NCBI GenBank assembly: GCA_964638895.1
Contig: CAZWYY010000002.1
Coordinates: forward strand, 1,626 to 65,625
Direction: 5' to 3'
Origin: an uncultured Spirochaetaceae bacterium
GTDB taxonomy: Bacteria; Spirochaetota; Spirochaetia; SZUA-6; RPPD01
DNA: 64,000 nt
Below are positions 29,115-39,231 of this stretch, piece after piece. Within the stretch, counting starts at the first letter, position 1, and each line of letters starts with the position of its first letter. Below the pieces are notes generated by a model. The model searched no databases, was not told the DNA's origin, and saw only the letters and a list, made by a program, of their open reading frames with translations. A program made the position numbers and the translations under genes.

Positions 29115-29720
29115 ATGCCGGAATACAGTTCAATACCCATAAGCTTGAGAATATTTGTTCTCCTGCTTATTGTCGTACTTTTAACCATTCTGGGACTGTT
29201 CATTCTGAACAGCCTGGGGATTGTGGACTCAAGCTCACTTCTGGCGCCGATTTACGGCCTGTTCAATATGAAGACCGAAACACAAATAGACGTGAGCGAT
29301 CCCATGCTGCTGGCAAAACAGCGTCTGGCCAAGGACTATGAGGCCGTGGATCTCCTGCAGCAGGAGGTGCAAAAACTGCAGACGGAGGTGGACTCGAAAA
29401 ACCAGGAGGTGACCCAGAAAATGGACGATCTGGCCGAACGGGAAAAACAGCTGTCGGAGAGAGAAAAATTGCTTAATCAGCAAACAAAAGAGGGCGATGA
29501 TAGAATGAGACGTCTGGAACAGATGTCCCGGCAATTTTTGGGAATGCCTCCTAAAGATGCTGTGAATGTGATGCTTGCCATGAATGTGCAGGAGGTCATA
29601 GACGTTATGAAGATAACGGAAGCCATGGCCCGGCAGGCGGGCGAAGATTCCATAGTGCCTTACTGGTTAAGCATCATGCCGCCGGACAAAGCGGCCGAGA
29701 TACAGGAAAAATGGAGGTAA
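29115..29720 (+). CDS. flbB: FlbB/YlxF-like flagellar operon protein (N-terminal transmembrane helix, coiled coil, MgtE-N-like C-terminus).
   Basis: Sits between fliJ and fliK as in Borrelia and Bacillus. One transmembrane helix, a coiled coil, and the motif PKDAVNVMLAMNVQEVIDVM. Confidence 0.5.
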   Translation: MPEYSSIPISLRIFVLLLIVVLLTILGLFILNSLGIVDSSSLLAPIYGLFNMKTETQIDVSDPMLLAKQRLAKDYEAVDLLQQEVQKLQTEVDSKNQEVTQKMDDLAEREKQLSEREKLLNQQTKEGDDRMRRLEQMSRQFLGMPPKDAVNVMLAMNVQEVIDVMKITEAMARQAGEDSIVPYWLSIMPPDKAAEIQEKWR

Positions 29721-29738
29721 AATCACCCGTGAGGGAGG

Positions 29739-30962
29739 TTGCCATTGGCAATAACAGATACGTCCTTATCCGCCATGCTGTTTTTAAAGCAGGATAAAAG
29801 CCTTCCGGAAGTAAAAGCGCCCGGCGCGCGTCCCCTTAAGAAAAAAGAAACGGACAGAACAGAAGATACGAAATCCGATAACACCAAAGGCCCAAAAGAA
29901 ACCAAAGCGACGGGGCGCTCCAGGGCTGTTTCGTTCAAGGCAGTGCTGGAGAAGGAAATAAAAAAACAGTTTTCAGCCAAGAAATCCAGGGGCCGCACCT
30001 TAAGTGAAGAATTGAAAAAGAAAAAAGACATAAGGCCGTTTTACGTGGTGCCAAAAGATAAAGAAAAGGGCGAACCACAGCCCGTAAAGGCGCAAAAAGA
30101 TCAGCCGGCTGAACTGTTGGGCAGACTGGCCGGAAGCGCTTTGGGAGCCCGGTTCTCCGCACCGCAGACGGGCGGCCATAAGGCGTCCAAGGACATAAAA
30201 ACCGCTGGAACGGGAAAAAAGGCGGCCCGGTTTATGACACAAGAGCTTGCGAAAAACCTGAAGACGGTTATACACGAAAAAAACACGGCCCAGGACAGAG
30301 GGCCCAAGCTGATTGTGGTGGACCTCCGTGAAAAGACGCCCGCGCCTCCGGTAAAGCAGAATCATAAAGCCAGACATGAAAATAAAAAGAGCGATACGCA
30401 GAACATTAAAGCGGCGGACAATCTGCTGGACGCCAAAGACATGAAGCTCTTTGTGAAGCACACGGCCATAAACGATGGTATGCTCCACCTGAAAACCGAT
30501 TTTGAGGCCAAACACCTGCAGGCCAAACAGCCGCTGCCGCAGTTTATGCAGCTAAAGCAGGCGTTAAGCGCGGAGCTTGTCAAACAGACAAGAATGATCA
30601 TCGGAAACGGCGGAAACGGCGAAATTCACCTGGTGCTGAAACCCGAATCATTGGGAAATGTCCGGGTACGTCTAAATATTCATGATAACAATTTAGTGGG
30701 CAAGATATTTGTCGACAATAATACTGTGAAGGAAATGGTGCAGGGAAGCCTTGCCAATCTTTATAACGCGTTTAAACAGGACGGGTTCAACCAGGCCATG
30801 ATAAACGTGTTTGTGGGCAGTGAAAAAGGCTCGCCCCAGGAAGGCGGGCAGGACGGCGGTACGGCAATGAAGGGTGAGACCGCGCAGGAGCGATGGGAAC
30901 GTGAACATGAGCAAAACCGGGAGTTGGTGACTGCGGATTCCCTGGTGAACATAGTGCTTTAA
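29739..30962 (+). CDS. fliK: Hook-length control protein FliK (Tap1-like).
   Basis: C-terminal Flg_hook-type motif EIHLVLKPESLGNVRVRLNIHDNNLVGKIFV and a K/P-rich N-terminal half, immediately upstream of flgD. The alternative TTG at 29745 has better ribosome-binding-site spacing. Confidence 0.7.
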   Translation: MPLAITDTSLSAMLFLKQDKSLPEVKAPGARPLKKKETDRTEDTKSDNTKGPKETKATGRSRAVSFKAVLEKEIKKQFSAKKSRGRTLSEELKKKKDIRPFYVVPKDKEKGEPQPVKAQKDQPAELLGRLAGSALGARFSAPQTGGHKASKDIKTAGTGKKAARFMTQELAKNLKTVIHEKNTAQDRGPKLIVVDLREKTPAPPVKQNHKARHENKKSDTQNIKAADNLLDAKDMKLFVKHTAINDGMLHLKTDFEAKHLQAKQPLPQFMQLKQALSAELVKQTRMIIGNGGNGEIHLVLKPESLGNVRVRLNIHDNNLVGKIFVDNNTVKEMVQGSLANLYNAFKQDGFNQAMINVFVGSEKGSPQEGGQDGGTAMKGETAQERWEREHEQNRELVTADSLVNIVL

Positions 30963-30973
30963 AGGAGAGTTGT

Positions 30974-31453
30974 ATGGATATAAGCGGTTTGAATAATGCG
31001 GTATTGTCAAAACCGGAACTGGCCGCGACCCAGCGCCTGGTTGATTCGGCAAACGCCGTGGTGAACAACGGCAAGGGTTATAAAACGGTGATGGGACAAC
31101 CGGAGTTTCTCCAGCTGCTGACCGAGGAGTTTAAAAACCAGGATCCCACGCAGCCGTTGAAAGACAGGGATTTCATAGCACAGATGGCGCAGATTTCCCA
31201 GTTGGACCAGGTAACGTCCATGTCGAAAGCCATGGCTGCCATGAATACGGAAATTAATAATGTTTCAAAACTGATTCAGAAAAATAATGCGTTTTCCCTG
31301 TTAGGGAAACTCGTTGATATCGTAGAGGGGGGCCAGGTCATAAGTGGTAAGGTAGAGGAAATAAGCGGAGGGGATTTCCCTCAACTGCTTGTGAACGGAA
31401 AATATTACGACTTTCAAAATGTGAGCAAGTTGAAGAATGATGAGGGGGAATAG
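30974..31453 (+). CDS. flgD: Hook assembly and capping protein FlgD.
   Basis: GQPEFLQLLTEEFKNQDPTQPLKDRDFIAQMAQISQLDQV is the FlgD signature. Confidence 0.85.
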   Translation: MDISGLNNAVLSKPELAATQRLVDSANAVVNNGKGYKTVMGQPEFLQLLTEEFKNQDPTQPLKDRDFIAQMAQISQLDQVTSMSKAMAAMNTEINNVSKLIQKNNAFSLLGKLVDIVEGGQVISGKVEEISGGDFPQLLVNGKYYDFQNVSKLKNDEGE

Positions 31454-31456
31454 GTT

Positions 31457-32812
31457 ATGATGCGATCACTCTACTCCGGTGTGGCCGGACTGCAAAACCA
31501 TCAGATAAGGATGGATGTAATCGGCAACAACGTTGCCAACGTAAACACTACGGGCTTTAAAAAGGGCCGGGTTACCTTTCAGGACATGCTCTCGCAGATG
31601 GTATCCGGCGCGGCCAAGCCCACCGACGAGGTAGGCGGCGTGAACCCGAAACAGGTTGGTCTGGGAATGCTGATCTCGGCCATCGATACCATTCATACAC
31701 AAGGAAGCCTGCAGACCACCGGCAAGAAAACGGACGTGGCCATCAGCGGGGAAGGATTTTTTATCCTTAAAGACGGTGACAGACGGTTTTATACGCGCGA
31801 CGGGGCGTTTTCACTTGATGAAAACGGCAAACTGGTGAATCCCTCCAGCGGGATGCGCGTACAGGGCTGGGTGGCGCAGAACGTGGCCGGTGAAAATGTC
31901 ATAAATACCTCCGGTGACCTGGAAGACATGGTTATTCCCGTATACAGTAAAGACCTGCCCCTGGCAACCACGGACATTACCTACCGTTGTAACCTGGACC
32001 AGCGGGCCATTCCCATTCCCGAAGGAGCGGCGCCTAAAACCGTGCTTGAGAATACTCATACGGCAACCATCGAGATCTATGACTCACTGGGTAATACGCA
32101 CCAGTTGCGCCTGAACTTTCAGAAGGCCGCCGGTGTAAACAACCAATGGAATGTGACGGCCACGGTAGACGGCGCTGATGCTAGGGCCAATATCGGCGCG
32201 GTGGGAGCGGCGGCCAATACCTTTACCCTGAACTTCGACAATAACGGGAACATCATCTCCGTAACAGACCCGGACGGTGAGACGTTGAATGAGGGCGTGC
32301 TGCAGATAGCACTTACCTATGATGTTCCGGGTACCGAGCCGGCGGCCGCACAGACCTTCAACCTTACCCTGGGCACCGCGGGTACGGCCACCGGCATCAC
32401 CCAGGCGGCTGACACGTTCACTACCAAGGCCGTCAAACAGGACGGACACGGCCTAGGGTACCTGGAGGATTTTAAGATCGATCAGAACGGCGTCATTACC
32501 GGGGTGTACTCGAACGGCGTGGACCGCGCCTTGGGGCAGATCGCCCTGGCTACGTTTACAAATCCCGGGGGGCTTGAGAAGGCCGGCGAGAATAATTATA
32601 TTGTCTCCAACAACTCCGGCCTGGCGCTGGTCAGTCCCTCGGGCACCGAGGGAAAGGGGAAAATAATCTCCGGTACGCTGGAAATGAGCAACGTGGACCT
32701 GGCCGAGCAGTTTGTGGATATGATCGTGACACAAAGGGGTTTTCAGGCCAACTCACGCTCCATCACCACCTCCGATCAAATGCTGCAGGAAATATTAACA
32801 TTAAAGCGATAA
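31457..32812 (+). CDS. flgE: Flagellar hook protein FlgE.
   Basis: Axial-family N-terminus (SLYSGVAGLQNHQIRMDVIGNNVANVNTTGFK) and C-terminus (MIVTQRGFQANSRSITTSDQMLQEIL). Confidence 0.9.
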   Translation: MMRSLYSGVAGLQNHQIRMDVIGNNVANVNTTGFKKGRVTFQDMLSQMVSGAAKPTDEVGGVNPKQVGLGMLISAIDTIHTQGSLQTTGKKTDVAISGEGFFILKDGDRRFYTRDGAFSLDENGKLVNPSSGMRVQGWVAQNVAGENVINTSGDLEDMVIPVYSKDLPLATTDITYRCNLDQRAIPIPEGAAPKTVLENTHTATIEIYDSLGNTHQLRLNFQKAAGVNNQWNVTATVDGADARANIGAVGAAANTFTLNFDNNGNIISVTDPDGETLNEGVLQIALTYDVPGTEPAAAQTFNLTLGTAGTATGITQAADTFTTKAVKQDGHGLGYLEDFKIDQNGVITGVYSNGVDRALGQIALATFTNPGGLEKAGENNYIVSNNSGLALVSPSGTEGKGKIISGTLEMSNVDLAEQFVDMIVTQRGFQANSRSITTSDQMLQEILTLKR

Positions 32813-32831
32813 GGGTGTATAATCGTGGTGT

Positions 32832-33029
32832 ATGATTGAAGTTACGAGGCTTGACGGAAAAATATTCTATATAAACCCTCATCAGATAGAGTATATAGAA
32901 TGTAACCCGGATACAACACTTATTATGCTTTCCGGAAAACGACTGGTGGTCAAAGACGACTACCAGTCTGTGTTTAAGAGAATAGTTGAGTACAGACGGC
33001 TGATCGGGGCCTTTAAAAACGAGGAGTAA
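32832..33029 (+). CDS. flbD: Flagellar protein FlbD.
   Basis: 65 aa. MIEVTRLDGKIFYINPHQIEYIECNPDTTLIMLSGKRLVVKD resembles FlbD of Bacillus and the spirochaetes. Confidence 0.8.
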   Translation: MIEVTRLDGKIFYINPHQIEYIECNPDTTLIMLSGKRLVVKDDYQSVFKRIVEYRRLIGAFKNEE

Positions 33030-33034
33030 GTGAT

Positions 33035-33817
33035 ATGGATCTTGGAACAATTTTAGGCGTTATAGGGGGCTTTGTACTGGTAGGCTTCGGAATCGTGGTA
33101 ATGGGGGCTCCGCTTACCACCTATATTGATCCCGCGTCCGTATTGATCACCATCGGAGGGTCCCTGGCGGCTATCATGATATCTAATCCGCTTGCCCGGA
33201 CCCTGGGCATATTCAGGTACGTTCGCCTGACCCTGCGCATCCCAAGCTGGGAGGAAGAGCGCATCATCTCGCGCCTGGTGGCATTTTCCGAGAAAGCGCG
33301 CCGCGACGGCCTTTTGGCCCTGGAGGATGACCTGGACGAGGTTGAGGACGAGTTCCTGCGCAAGGGAATCCAGCTCGTAGTGGACGGTACGGACCCGGAG
33401 ATCATAAAAAACGTGCTCTATAATGAGTTGAGCAAAATACAGGAGCGCCACGGCATCGGCATAAAGTTATTCGAGGACTGGGGCAAGCTCGCGCCCGCCT
33501 TCGGCATGATCGGCACCCTGCTGGGGCTTATTTCCATCATGGGAAATATCGAGGACAAGTCCGCCATTGGTCCCGGCATGGCCACCGCCCTGTTGACCAC
33601 CTTATACGGCGCCCTGATGGCCAACTTGCTTTTTATTCCCATCGGAAATAAATTAGAGGATAGGGATGTGGCGGAAAGCCTGATAAAAGAAATAATGATA
33701 GAGGGTATTTTGTCCATTCAACAGGGTGATAACCCGCGTATCCTGGAAGAGAAGCTGATCGCCTTCCTGCCGCCCGCGCGCCGGGAGGCCATAAAACAGG
33801 AGTCCGGAAGGGACTAA
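33035..33817 (+). CDS. motA: Flagellar motor stator protein MotA.
   Basis: Four-transmembrane MotA/TolQ/ExbB family (GMIGTLLGLI...PGMATALLTTLYGALMANL). Confidence 0.9.
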   Translation: MDLGTILGVIGGFVLVGFGIVVMGAPLTTYIDPASVLITIGGSLAAIMISNPLARTLGIFRYVRLTLRIPSWEEERIISRLVAFSEKARRDGLLALEDDLDEVEDEFLRKGIQLVVDGTDPEIIKNVLYNELSKIQERHGIGIKLFEDWGKLAPAFGMIGTLLGLISIMGNIEDKSAIGPGMATALLTTLYGALMANLLFIPIGNKLEDRDVAESLIKEIMIEGILSIQQGDNPRILEEKLIAFLPPARREAIKQESGRD

Positions 33818-33826
33818 AAAAGAGAT

Positions 33827-34555
33827 ATGCCGTTTAAACGCAAGAAAAAACGAAAAGATGAAGGTTCACCATACTGGATGCTCACCTACGGGGATATGAC
33901 CACCCTGCTCCTGGTTTTTTTTGTGGTTATGTTTACCACGGCCGAGATTAATGGCAGTGAGCTGCGTATGATTCTCGCGGCATTTCAGGGGTTGGGGGTC
34001 TTAAGCGGGGGCAATACCCTGCAGGTGGGCAAACTTGCCGAACTGGGAAACAACATCATGAGCCTGCCGTCCACCGAAAGGGGCAGGGCGCTTGATAAAG
34101 CCCGCAAGCTGGCCAAATCCATCTTTGAACCGGAGATAGCGGTACGCAAGGTGCGCATCAAAGAGGATGAACGGGGACTGGTCGTCTCACTTTCCGCGGA
34201 GATGTTCTTTGATCCGGCCAGTGCGGAAGTGAAGATCGAGCAGGCCAGGGACCTGCTTTATCGGGTGCGTGACCTTTTGCGTTCACCTGAAGTGAAAAAC
34301 CATAAGGTGAGAATCGAGGGGCACACCGATAACGTTCAAATGGAGCCGGGCTCTGAATATGACACCAACTGGGACCTTTCCACGGCCAGGGCATTGAACG
34401 TACTCAAATATCTTATAGAGTATGGGGTACCGGAGGAGCAACTGCAGGTGGCCGGTTTTGCGGATACGGTTCCGGTATCGAGCAACGCCACCGAGGAAGG
34501 GCGGGCGGACAACAGAAGGGTGGATATTGTGATTTTAACGGAAGGGCATCTATAA
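33827..34555 (+). CDS. motB: Flagellar motor stator protein MotB (OmpA-like).
   Basis: N-terminal transmembrane helix with WMLTYGDMTTLLLVFF, and an OmpA-like C-terminus (EGHTDNVQ...NWDLSTARALNV). Confidence 0.9.
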   Translation: MPFKRKKKRKDEGSPYWMLTYGDMTTLLLVFFVVMFTTAEINGSELRMILAAFQGLGVLSGGNTLQVGKLAELGNNIMSLPSTERGRALDKARKLAKSIFEPEIAVRKVRIKEDERGLVVSLSAEMFFDPASAEVKIEQARDLLYRVRDLLRSPEVKNHKVRIEGHTDNVQMEPGSEYDTNWDLSTARALNVLKYLIEYGVPEEQLQVAGFADTVPVSSNATEEGRADNRRVDIVILTEGHL

Positions 34556-34578
34556 TCTATAAAGCGAGGTGAGTAACA

Positions 34579-35136
34579 ATGGCTGATGACGATCGATTTT
34601 TAGATAACGAAGCCGAACAGGCGGCAGAAGAGGTTGAGGTCGGCCGTAAAGTCGGTTTTGTACCGGCTGTGGTGTTAAAGGCCCTGAAATGGGCGGCCAT
34701 AGGCCTGATTGTGGTGTTGATTGTAATTGTGGTTGCGTATCTGACGGTTCAGCTCGCCTTACAGGGCAGGGTTCCGACTCAGGAGCTGCCGCCCGTATCG
34801 CAGCAGATCAGCGGTTCCACGGAGGTGCTGCAGTTCTATAAGAACCTGGAACCCCTGCGTGGGCAGACATCGGACAACCCCCCCTATATGTTTATGGCTA
34901 CGGTATTCCTGGGATATGAAAAGGGAAACAACGCCATGACCACCGAGATAAATGAAAGGGATCCCCAATTGCATAACATCATCCTGAAGATATTGGGAAG
35001 CAAAAAGGCCAGTGAGTTAACCATAGACAATTTCAGCATTCTTGAAAGGGACATCACGTACAGCCTTAACCAGATTATGAGAAGCGGAAAAATAAAGTCC
35101 GTGTTGATTCAGGAGCTGCAGACCTTCCCGCAATAA
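34579..35136 (+). CDS. fliL: Flagellar basal body-associated protein FliL.
   Basis: Single transmembrane helix, a FliL-like C-terminal domain, and the position after motB. Confidence 0.75.
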   Translation: MADDDRFLDNEAEQAAEEVEVGRKVGFVPAVVLKALKWAAIGLIVVLIVIVVAYLTVQLALQGRVPTQELPPVSQQISGSTEVLQFYKNLEPLRGQTSDNPPYMFMATVFLGYEKGNNAMTTEINERDPQLHNIILKILGSKKASELTIDNFSILERDITYSLNQIMRSGKIKSVLIQELQTFPQ

Positions 35137-35199
35137 GAGGAGCGGTAAAACACTTTTCTTTTAGTTAAAAAGGTTATATAATGGAAGAAGGGGTAGTAC

Positions 35200-36225
35200 A
35201 TGACTGAAGTTCTCTCTCAAGACGAAATAGACCAGCTACTATCGGCCATTTCTTCCGGCGAGGTGGAAACACCGGAAACGCAGGCCATGCCTGCGCAGCG
35301 AAATATAAAGATCTACGATTTTAAACGCCCGGACAAGTTTTCCAAGGACCAGATACGTACGGTCTCCATTATGCATGAAACCTTTGCCAGGCTTACCACA
35401 ACATCGCTCTCGGCCCAACTGCGCAGCCTTGTGCACGTACACGTGGCCTCCGTGGATCAGCTTACCTACGAGGAGTTCATCCGCTCCATTCCCAATCCGA
35501 CCACGCTTGCCGTGATCAATATGGACCCCTTAAAGGGATCGGCGATCCTGGAGATTGATCCCTCTGTAACCTTTTCCATTATAGACAGGCTGTTCGGCGG
35601 ACAAGGTGAGGAAACAAAGCTGTCAAGGGACCTGACCGACATTGAACAGTCGGTCATGGAAGGCATCATCGTTCGTATTTTAGGAAATATGCGTGAGGCC
35701 TGGAGCACGGTGATCGATCTGCGTCCGCGCCTGGGGCAGATTGAGACCAATCCGCAGTTCGCCCAGATTGTGCCTCCCACGGAGATGGTGGTCCTGGTAA
35801 CTCTGGAGACCAAGGTGGGTGATGTTGACGGGCTGATGAACTTCTGTATTCCCTACCTGACAATAGAACCGATTATTTCCAAACTTTCGGCACAGTACTG
35901 GTACTCATCGGTGCGCCGTGGAACAACCACAGAAAACCTGAATATTTTAAGGGAGCGCCTTGAGACCGTAAGCGTAAATATCGTAGCCGAGATAGGCGGC
36001 ATGATGCTCAAGGTAAAGGATGTGCTGGCCCTGAAGAAAGGGGATGTCATACGCCTGCCCAATGTACGAATAAACGATCCCATGGCCTTAAAAATCGGGG
36101 ATAGGAAAAAATTTCTGTGCAGGCCGGGTAACATAGGAAATAAAACGGCGGTGCAGGTGGTAAAGAAATTGGAGGAAACCAAAGCGGAGGAGTTTGAGGA
36201 ACTAAAAGTAGAGGGGGAAGAATAA
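35200..36225 (+). CDS. fliM: Flagellar motor switch protein FliM.
   Basis: LSQDEIDQLLSAI N-terminal CheY-binding motif and a FliM middle domain. Confidence 0.9.
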   Translation: MTEVLSQDEIDQLLSAISSGEVETPETQAMPAQRNIKIYDFKRPDKFSKDQIRTVSIMHETFARLTTTSLSAQLRSLVHVHVASVDQLTYEEFIRSIPNPTTLAVINMDPLKGSAILEIDPSVTFSIIDRLFGGQGEETKLSRDLTDIEQSVMEGIIVRILGNMREAWSTVIDLRPRLGQIETNPQFAQIVPPTEMVVLVTLETKVGDVDGLMNFCIPYLTIEPIISKLSAQYWYSSVRRGTTTENLNILRERLETVSVNIVAEIGGMMLKVKDVLALKKGDVIRLPNVRINDPMALKIGDRKKFLCRPGNIGNKTAVQVVKKLEETKAEEFEELKVEGEE

Positions 36226-36227
36226 AG

Positions 36228-37328
36228 ATGAGTGAAGGCTATCTTTCACAAGATGAAATAGATGCGCTGTTGCAGGGTACCGAAGAGATTACGGACGCCA
36301 AGGAATTGAGCAGCGCCGGACCTCTGGATGATAATGAAAAAAACGCTTTTAAATCCATTATCCAGAGTACGGTGGAATCACAGAGCTCCAATATTTCCAT
36401 GATAAGCGGAAAGTCCGTGATTATCGGTGCGCCCAAGATTAATGTAATATCAAAACAACAGCTCCTGGCCGAACTTGCAGGCGAGGTGGTAGAGGTGAAG
36501 ATCGATTTTACGGAAGGGCTTGTGGGAGAACATTCCTACCTGCTTTCTCCGGAGATCGCCACCACACTGGCCGGGTTTATTATGGGGCAAAGCGGGGTGG
36601 AACTGAACGAAGCGGCGCTTTCCGGCGTGGCGGAGGCCATATCGAATATAGTGGGCGCCATTGCCACCACCTTGGGAAATCAGATAAATCAGACCGTCAT
36701 GATCTCACCAGCGGAGTGCAACAAGGTAAAAAAAGGAAAGGTGAAACTTCCCGCGGGAGACAGCATGGTCAAGGTGGAATATCCGATTTCCATTGAAGGA
36801 GAAAAACCTGCGGTGTTGATTGAATTATTCGCACTGTCGTCGGTAAAAGAGGTCGTGGCCCGCTCAACGGGAAACGGGATGGCGGCCGGGCAGCCGGTGA
36901 CCGCGGGCAGTAAAACGGGCAGCAAAGGAGATGTTATGGCAAAAGGAAAGTCAAACGCATCAGGCGGAGATGATTCCATTCTGGAAGGGTTGAACAGCAT
37001 GATGTCCACGCCGAATGTGCAATCGGTACAGTTCCCAAATCTACAGTCTTCACAGGTCTCTCAGGAACAGAGTAACATCGGACTGCTCATGGACGTGTAC
37101 ATGGAAATGACCGTTGAGCTGGGAAGAACCAAGAAGCTTATTCGCGATATACTCGGCATAGGCGAGGGTACGATTATCGAGCTTGATAAGCTAGCGGGCG
37201 AGCCCGTAGACATACTGGTAAATCACAAACTGATTGCCAAGGGTGAGGTTGTGGTAATTGATGAAAACTTCGGGGTACGTGTAACGGAGATAGTGTCGCC
37301 CCTGGAAAGAATGGCGGATTTAAAATAA
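36228..37328 (+). CDS. fliY: Flagellar motor switch protein FliY (CheC-like N-terminus, FliN C-terminus).
   Basis: LSQDEIDALLQG N-terminus and a C-terminal SpoA/FliN domain (EMTVELGRTKKLIRDILGIGEGTIIELD). Confidence 0.85.
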   Translation: MSEGYLSQDEIDALLQGTEEITDAKELSSAGPLDDNEKNAFKSIIQSTVESQSSNISMISGKSVIIGAPKINVISKQQLLAELAGEVVEVKIDFTEGLVGEHSYLLSPEIATTLAGFIMGQSGVELNEAALSGVAEAISNIVGAIATTLGNQINQTVMISPAECNKVKKGKVKLPAGDSMVKVEYPISIEGEKPAVLIELFALSSVKEVVARSTGNGMAAGQPVTAGSKTGSKGDVMAKGKSNASGGDDSILEGLNSMMSTPNVQSVQFPNLQSSQVSQEQSNIGLLMDVYMEMTVELGRTKKLIRDILGIGEGTIIELDKLAGEPVDILVNHKLIAKGEVVVIDENFGVRVTEIVSPLERMADLK

Positions 37329-37402
37329 AAAACCACCTACAAAGCCCCCGCAAATGCTTCCAATGGGCGATTTTTTCATAAATAAAAAAAATGATTTTTA
37401 AT

Positions 37403-37431
37403 TGACAGAAAACGTTTTTCGTGCCATAATG
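37403..37431 (+). promoter_or_regulatory. Internal sigma-70-type promoter, TTGACA-16-CATAAT, between fliY and fliZ. It shares about 30 nt of sequence with the mraZ promoter.
   Basis: TTGACAGAAAACGTTTTTCGTGCCATAATG compared with TTGACAGAAAACATTTTGAGCATAAAATG upstream of mraZ. It is preceded by an AT-rich UP-like tract and a weak hairpin plus T-run. Confidence 0.4.
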
Positions 37432-37513
37432 TCAAACAGTATATAGTAAAAGTAAGATTTTCAGTGTCGGGAGGGGAAAACTGAAAACCACATCTCTTGT
37501 ATTAATATTAATT

Positions 37514-38068
37514 ATGGCAGGTATTATAAGTGTCTCGGTGTTTGCGGAGGATGAGCATAGTATTCTAAATGAAGGATATGGAACGGAAAACACCACCCAG
37601 ACCGCGGACGCGGCACAGAGTCGGAGCGTGGAACCCGTTGGCCCCACGTTTTGGGATTATATCTCCATGGTTCTAGGACTGGGCGTGGTCGTGGTCATCA
37701 TCATGGTGATCTTCTATGCCATTAAAAAGGGCATGCATAAAAAAATAGTGGAGAACGAGCTTATCAGGGTGCTGGGTTCCAAGATCATCACCGGTAATAA
37801 GATGCTGCATCTGATCGAGGTGGGTAACTCCATGTATCTGATCGGTTCATCCAACGAGGCCCTGTCTCTGATTTCCGAGGTGTCCGACAAGGAAACAAAA
37901 GACACCCTGAAATTACGGTCCAGCCAGGCAAAGCTTAACTCGGTGAAGGGTTTCGGTGATCTGATTATGGGATTCCTGAACCGCAGACGGCCCAAGGGGC
38001 AGACCGTTGACCACAGCATCAACTTTATGAAGGAACAAAGGAGCAGATTGCAGAGACTGAATAAATAG
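37514..38068 (+). CDS. fliO: Flagellar biosynthesis protein FliO/FliZ.
   Basis: Single transmembrane helix and the motif IRVLGSKIITGNKMLHLIEVGNSMYLIGSSNEALSLI, immediately upstream of fliP. The N-terminus may extend to about 37481 (LKTTSLVLILI..., after a GGAGGGG ribosome-binding site), which would give a signal-like leader. Confidence 0.6.
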   Translation: MAGIISVSVFAEDEHSILNEGYGTENTTQTADAAQSRSVEPVGPTFWDYISMVLGLGVVVVIIMVIFYAIKKGMHKKIVENELIRVLGSKIITGNKMLHLIEVGNSMYLIGSSNEALSLISEVSDKETKDTLKLRSSQAKLNSVKGFGDLIMGFLNRRRPKGQTVDHSINFMKEQRSRLQRLNK

Positions 38069-38095
38069 CGCACCAAAAAAATCCTGGGAGGGGAC

Positions 38096-38857
38096 ATGAA
38101 AAAAATATTTCTACTTGCGGTTATTATTTTGACCTGCAGTATATCCGTAACATATGCGCAACAGAACACCAATATAAATATTCCTTATGTCGATATAGGG
38201 ATTAGAAACGCGAACAATAACCAGGAGGTGGCGCTGTCTCTGCAGCTTCTGCTCCTGCTTTCGGTAATCACCCTGGCCCCTTCGCTGTTAGTGCTGACCA
38301 CCGCTTTCTTAAGGATCGCGATCGTATTTAATTTTATTACCCGTTCCCTCTCTCTGCAGCAGGTGCCTCCCACCCAGGTGATGATGGGGATCGCCCTCTT
38401 TCTTACCATATTCATTATGTGGCCCACCTTCAGTGCCGTATACGATACGGCATTAAAGCCTTTTGCCAACGGGGAGATTGCTATTGAAAAAATGTACGAT
38501 AATGCGCAGAAACCCATAAAGGCCTTCATGTGGAAGCAGCTGGGGCATGACTATAAAAACGTGGAACTGTTTCTAAAACTTGGAAACTACCCGAAACCTA
38601 AAACAAAGGGCGACGTCCCCATCCATGTGCTCATACCGGCGTTTATCTTAAGCGAACTGGGTATAGCCTTTAAAATCGGTATCATGCTTTTCATTCCCTT
38701 TATTGTTATAGATATGGTTGTAGCATCCACATTAATGTCAATGGGCATGATCATGCTGCCGCCCATTATGATATCACTGCCGTTCAAACTGATTCTGTTT
38801 GTGCTGGTGGACGGCTGGAGCCTGATCACAATGCAATTGGTGAAAAGCTTTATGTAA
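38096..38857 (+). CDS. fliP: Flagellar export-gate protein FliP.
   Basis: Signal peptide and FliP core (VALSLQLLLLLSVITLAPSLLVLTTAFLRIAIVF). Confidence 0.9.
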   Translation: MKKIFLLAVIILTCSISVTYAQQNTNINIPYVDIGIRNANNNQEVALSLQLLLLLSVITLAPSLLVLTTAFLRIAIVFNFITRSLSLQQVPPTQVMMGIALFLTIFIMWPTFSAVYDTALKPFANGEIAIEKMYDNAQKPIKAFMWKQLGHDYKNVELFLKLGNYPKPKTKGDVPIHVLIPAFILSELGIAFKIGIMLFIPFIVIDMVVASTLMSMGMIMLPPIMISLPFKLILFVLVDGWSLITMQLVKSFM

Positions 38858-38889
38858 CCGGAGCCGGGGAGAAAGTGTAAGGAGGAGTT

Positions 38890-39156
38890 ATGAGTTTAGG
38901 CATGGCAGTAAATTTGCTGAGGGGAGGGGTGCTGCAGATCCTGATAATTTCGGCGCCCATTCTTTTAATCGGTATGCTTACCGGTTTGATCATCTCAATC
39001 ATCCAGGCAACCACAAGCATCCAGGAGCAGACCCTGACCTTTGTGCCCAAGATCGCGGCCATCCTGGGCGCCATTATTATATTCGGTCCATGGATAATTA
39101 CATCTATGGTGCAGTTTACCATACGGCTGTTTGAGCAGATATCCGCGGTGCCCTGA
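38890..39156 (+). CDS. fliQ: Flagellar export-gate protein FliQ.
   Basis: 88-aa two-transmembrane protein of the FliQ family. Confidence 0.9.
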   Translation: MSLGMAVNLLRGGVLQILIISAPILLIGMLTGLIISIIQATTSIQEQTLTFVPKIAAILGAIIIFGPWIITSMVQFTIRLFEQISAVP

Positions 39157-39231
39157 TAAAGGAGAAAGGTCATAGAACTATACGTTGTACAATTTCAGAT
39201 TTTCCTCCTGATCTTCGTCCGAATCCTGGCC

